27,924 nt of DNA. Source: Octopus sinensis (Eukaryota). Both the position numbers and the translations under genes were made by a program. The DNA lies in NCBI RefSeq assembly GCF_006345805.1, contig NW_021827521.1:1-27924 (forward strand). The letters are read 5' to 3'. The notes under the pieces were generated by a model. The model searched no databases, was not told where the DNA came from, and saw nothing but the letters and a program-made list of their open reading frames with translations. Numbering within the stretch: position 1 is the stretch's first letter; every line of letters starts with the position of its first letter. This document shows positions 23,238-27,924 of this stretch, piece by piece.

Positions 23238-23322
23238 ATGTCCCAGTGAAAACCTCAATAAAATGTAAGCACAACAGACCTGATATAATGATTTGGGATA
23301 GAGAAGAGAAGCTGTGCACAGT
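23238..23322 (+). mobile_element. 85-bp fragment of the same Dong/R4 LINE family (endonuclease PD motif)
   Basis: VPVKTSIKCKHNRPDIMIWDREEKLCTV; about 90% identical to 4985-5069; follows (CA)n. Confidence 0.9.
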
Positions 23323-23606
23323 CATGGGAATGCGGTCTTACTGTAAATAATTAACAAATAATAATTAATTCCAAACAATTATTGTTCATCAATAATATTA
23401 TCTCCATTTTCTGTTTTCTTTAAATTTCGATTCCTGATAAACTCATGTTTATCCTTGACTTTACCTATAATTTGTAAGCATAACATGGTTGCTTATGTTT
23501 AAATATAGACAATATACCGATAGTATAATGGATACTTTTATCCCTTAGACGGTTATTTTAACCTCTAACTCAGCTAACCTATATATATATATATATATTT
23601 ATTTAT

Positions 23607-23725
23607 TTTATAGAAGGAGCTTCTACAGGACTAGAACTGTTTCATTCAAAAGAAATCATCAGGAACCTCCTGATGATTTCTTTTGAATGAAACAGTTCTA
23701 GTCCTGTAGAAGCTCCTTCTATAAA
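23607..23725. other. Perfect 58-bp inverted repeat (3-nt loop) made of a hammerhead-core-bearing pLTR segment
   Basis: 23607-23664 is the exact reverse complement of 23668-23725. Each arm carries CTGATGA...GAAA. Confidence 0.95.
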
Positions 23726-23787
23726 TAATTAATTTACTCTGCTATGTATTGAGTACCTTATTTACTGTGGTTAACCCCGACTCAACC

Positions 23788-23970
<183 letters not shown>

Positions 23971-24506
23971 TTCTTAAGTAACCAGAAGATGGATTTGGTA
24001 TTAATCTTTATTTTGTGCTACAGCCGTTTCGACCCATCCTGCTAGTGTCCCTTATGGGTAGGACTCCGTTCAACAGATTGTGTTGCATCCATTTTGCAGT
24101 CTGGGTCTCATCGGGTACATCTGTACATAAAGTTGTGTTTCGCTAAAGATCCTGAGTTTTGGCTGTCATGTTGTTATAACAACCACAACTCGATTTCTTT
24201 AGCGAAATTATTATTATTATTATTATCTCAACAAACACACACATACGTGCACAAGCAAACAAACACGCTCAAACACGCGTTCACACATCACCGGAACACA
24301 TGACGTAGTATAAACTACAACAGGAATCTTCATCAGCTGAAATTATCAAAAAAAGGAAAGCAAGACATTTCCCAAAGTAGATCCAACGGTGTATTATCGT
24401 TAGATAATTCGACTGTGGATGACACCAGGTAGCCCAAATAGTGCCAGTGCTCTACTAAATACTTCAACACACTAATCGACATATACACATTCGTCCAAAA
24501 TGTTAT

Positions 24507-24562
<56 letters not shown>

Positions 24563-24621
24563 GACACACACACACACACACACACACATACATACACACA
24601 CACACATATATATATATATAT

Positions 24622-25018
24622 AGGAGTGGATGTGTGGTAAGTAGCTTGCTTACCAACCACATGGTTCCAGGTTCAGTCCCACTGCGTGGCATCATGGGCA
24701 AGTGTCTTCTACTATAGCCTCGGGCTGACCAAAGCCTTGTGAGTGGATTTGGTAGACGGAAACTGAAAGAAGCCCATCGTATATATGTATGTGTGTGTGT
24801 GTGTGTGTATGTGTATCTGTGTTTGTCCCCCCAGCATCGCTTGACAACCGATGCTGGTGTGTTTACGTCCCCGTAACATAGCGGTTCGGCAAAATAGACC
24901 GAGAGAATAAGTGCTAGGCTTACAAAGAATAAGTCCCGGGGTTGATTTGCTCGACTAAAGGCGGTGCTCCAGCATGGCCGCAGTCAAATGACTGAAACAA
25001 GTATAAGTGTAAAGAGAG
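24622..25018 (+). mobile_element. Near full-length SINE family C
   Basis: AGGAGTGGATGTGTGGTAAG head, GGTTCAGTCC, internal TA/TG repeat and CAAATGACTGAAACAAGT tail. Confidence 0.92.
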
Positions 25019-25671
25019 CATATATACATATATATGTATATATACATATATTATGTATATATACAACATTTGACCAGCATTTACTTGTTCTGACCCATTT
25101 GAGGTAAGACATTAATGTCCACTGATATTTTTTCCTATCTTGTCTGTAATAGATTTGTGACTATTCGGTGGTACAGAAGTATTTTTTGACTTCTATAATT
25201 AGTGATATAGGTACTCATGTAGTACCCTTGTGTATATACATATATGTACATATCTAATGTTGTATGTATATATTTTATTAATTTGCCTGTACGGCTAATA
25301 ATTCGCTTACCACTTGTGATGGTATTTTAATAATACCATCCCTATATATATATATATATTTTATATTCTTATATTTTTTATATATTTTTTAAAATTTTAA
25401 CTCTTTTGTAATCTTTTACTCTTTTACTACATTTTGCACCTACTACTACTCTCCCTCTTTGTGATCCCTAACTCACTAAATATTCACCCCCCCCCCAACT
25501 CCTTCCCTCTCTATCTCAACATCCAACCTCCTCATTCTACATCGAGTGAAAAACGGGATGGACGCTTTGATTTCGTTTTGGTGCCTCGCCCTGTCGTACG
25601 CGACTATGAGGATTTGCATCCCCAACGTAAAACTTATAACGTAATACATGTCCTTGAAGTAGTAATTGTAC

Positions 25672-25758
25672 GCGGCTGAAGAAGGCTATATACACACATT
25701 TACATCAATTATGCATTGATATAAACCGTCTAATAAAGGCCCGAAACATATGTACCGC
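25672..25758 (+). ncRNA. Type I hammerhead ribozyme motif with 50-nt loop II
   Basis: Stem I GCGG/CCGC, core CTGAAGA, stem II AGGCT/GGCCC (A.C mismatch plus 4 pairs), GAAA, palindromic stem III ACATATGT, GUA triplet. Confidence 0.7.
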
Positions 25759-26099
25759 TAAATCCTTTGCATCATGTTTTTATTTTGATAAATATATATA
25801 TATATACATATACAGACAGGCAGACATGTATGTATGTATAATATATGCCTTGAGCTGATATTTGATTCCTTTATCTACATAATATATAATGCTGAACTTT
25901 GGCTTTATCAATCGCTCTCACACACATATATATACATCCACACATACATACATAGATACACACACGCATGCACACGCACACATACACACACACACACAAA
26001 TACACGCAAACACACGTTCCACACATCACCGGAGCACGTGACATGGTATAAACGACACAGGTGAAATTAATAAAAAATATTTTCTGGATAATAAAGTCA

Positions 26100-26760
26100 C
26101 GAATTATCAGAATTTGGTGAAATTTTAACCGGATATAAAGAAAAGCATCGATGAAGACAGCCACATTTTTCTTCAGAGATTTCAGGAAAAGCTTCTTCGA
26201 AATACCTCAAGAAATACACAGAGGAAATTGATGGCACCTTACTTAGTTCCGGTTGATGAAGCTTCCGGCTATATTTTCATAAATACAATATATCCCGGAA
26301 ATACATTTCTCGTCTGCAAATATTGCTGCCTTCAACCATTTCTATTCATTGGGATCGCATCTTTCATTGTTGGAACAATCAGTGAGGAAAATACTAAATC
26401 CGTTCGAAAAAGAAGAAACAAATGAAATTTCTTGCTTTATTATAATTAGAATGTTAACACCTATGTTACCATGACGTTTTCATGCAATGAGAGTACCTGA
26501 GAATTTTCTGCAGCCATTCGTTTGCGTTTTCGTCGAATTCTGTGTTCATTCATCAAAATTCTAATGCATTTTCATTCTAAGATCTGGTGTAACACTTAGA
26601 CGATGCTTCGCTAAGGAGGTGTAATACTCACGAAACATGCTCGGAGTTGTCTTTCATACTGCTAAAAAAAAACTCAATCCCAGCCTATTTCCATTTTTAA
26701 TTAATATTGTAATTAATATTGCCTTTTTGATCAGAGTTAATCATTTTGAAAAGAATTGAG
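26100..26760 (-). pseudogene. Chapaev3-like transposase relic, central/C-terminal part
   Basis: Across frames: MINSDQK, KAIL(ITIL from a 12-bp tandem duplication at 26698-26721)IKNGN..MKDNSEHV, KWLK..ADEK, FLRYFEEAFPEISEEK and NVAVFIDAFLYIR. These parallel FIDSSK.SLKAVLLHNGN..MKE.YE, F.YL..AFP.L..EK and LKAGIFDGPQIR from recall. Confidence 0.6.
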
Positions 26761-26952
26761 CCCGTTATTTATTCAAATATTTTTCCCTGCCGACATAATT
26801 CTGTTAAGATACAGTTTACTGTTAAGTTTTCTTACAGAACATGTACCTGCCTATTTGACCTAAGTTATTCTTATATGTGTGTGAGTGTATGCGCTAATGT
26901 ACACACATACACACACTCACACACATACATATATATATATATTATATATATA

Positions 26953-27475
26953 TATACGTAAATATAAGAGAGTTACCGTTAAGTGGTTAACTCTAGTTTT
27001 TCACCCTCATTTATGAATTTATAAATTTAATATGCTGCTGTAAATATTACATGCGGTATTCGCTTCCACTAACTCTTACCATGCTTTCGGCGGGGAACCT
27101 AAAATCACAACTATGTATGCAATCGATTGGACCGCACGGGTAATTGTCGCCCGTGAGGGTCTAATAAATTGTATCGAAGACAAATACTGCTGATGATTTA
27201 TATTGATAAAGAAACAATTGTTCAGTATTAATCTATCTTTTCGTTGTATTTCACTTTCCTTATGTTGAAGGTAATGTTATTTCTTTGTGGAAACATCGTC
27301 GGTGGCTATACCAGAATAAGGACCAATTTCTAGCACTAGAGTTAACCACTTAACGGAAACTCTCTTATATTTACGTATAATTTGTATTGTCTCCCTGGTT
27401 TCTATGTGCTAGGCCACTTGGTGTTAAACTGATGGTATTATTAAATTAATATCTAATTTTTCACCCTCATTATGA
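26953..27475 (+). mobile_element. Retrozyme-like / Penelope pLTR-like unit (460-bp period) with 45-bp inverted 5' duplication
   Basis: 26953-26997 is the reverse complement of 27335-27379 (44/45). Direct repeat TCTA(G/A)TTTTTCACCCTCATT(T)ATGA at 26992-27016 and 27452-27475. Hammerhead at 27183-27229. Flanked by (TA)n. Confidence 0.7.
27183..27229 (+). ncRNA. Type I hammerhead ribozyme motif, fully paired
   Basis: Stem I AATACTG/CAGTATT (7 bp), core CTGATGA, stem II TTTAT-attg-ATAAA, GAAA, palindromic stem III ACAATTGT, GUU triplet with predicted cleavage at 27222|27223. Confidence 0.88.
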
Positions 27476-27527
27476 TGTATATATATATATATTATATATA
27501 TATTATATATTATTATTATTATTATTT

Positions 27528-27735
27528 TAGTGAATGGAATAAATGGAGTTGAACGAAGATTGTACAGAATACCTTTTATTACATTCTACATATGTTCGAA
27601 GGCCATGAAGAGAAAGCCGACAATATGGTACCCTTATTTAAACAGAATTTGGAAATGTGGCTTCGAAACATGTGTAGAATGTAATAAAAGGTATTCTGTA
27701 CAATCTTCGTTTAACTCCATTTATTCCATTCACTA
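27528..27735. other. 78-bp inverted repeat with 52-bp spacer, overlapping a hammerhead lacking its 5' stem I strand
   Basis: 27528-27605 vs 27658-27735 differ at about 4 positions. On + there is (A)TGAAGA 27605-27611, stem II GAA(A)GCC/GGCTTC around a 40-nt loop, GAAA 27665-27668, stem III ACAT(G/A)TGT, A17, then AATAAA at 27683. Confidence 0.85.
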
Positions 27736-27893
27736 ATAATATTAAACTTCAATTATCCGCTCCAACGCACGGTTGCAAAACCAAATGGTCTTATCGCCAA
27801 CCGTGCTGTTTTCCGCTCTGATTTTTGCTACCCGGTATCGGTTAAACCTTTGAATAATCTGTTACAAGAAAATTCGTCCTTCTATTTCAACAA

Positions 27894-27924
<31 letters not shown>

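Overview
AT-rich eukaryotic non-coding DNA. The SINE families and the very dense microsatellites look like an octopus or other coleoid cephalopod genome; this is recognition, not a database result. No intact host protein-coding gene could be supported, and most ORFs in the track are microsatellite read-throughs. The window is a mosaic of mobile-element remains: four tRNA-derived SINE families (about 14 copies or fragments), a full-length but dead mariner (9191-10474, TA TSD, 33-bp TIRs), a second mariner fragment, a Dong/R4-type RLE LINE 3' fragment, a decayed Penelope-like element (RT + GIY-YIG), two very decayed Chapaev3-like transposase relics, and a 134-bp MITE with an 8-bp TSD. The main hidden signal is a set of six or seven type I hammerhead-ribozyme motifs with palindromic or near-palindromic stem III (2102, 15817, 23670, 24019, 25672, 27183, 27606). 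Two lie in 360-460 bp units with short terminal direct repeats and an inverted 5' duplication, which is retrozyme or Penelope pseudo-LTR-like architecture. Two lie in long foldback hairpins whose breakpoint falls at the ribozyme core. All alignments were done by eye.
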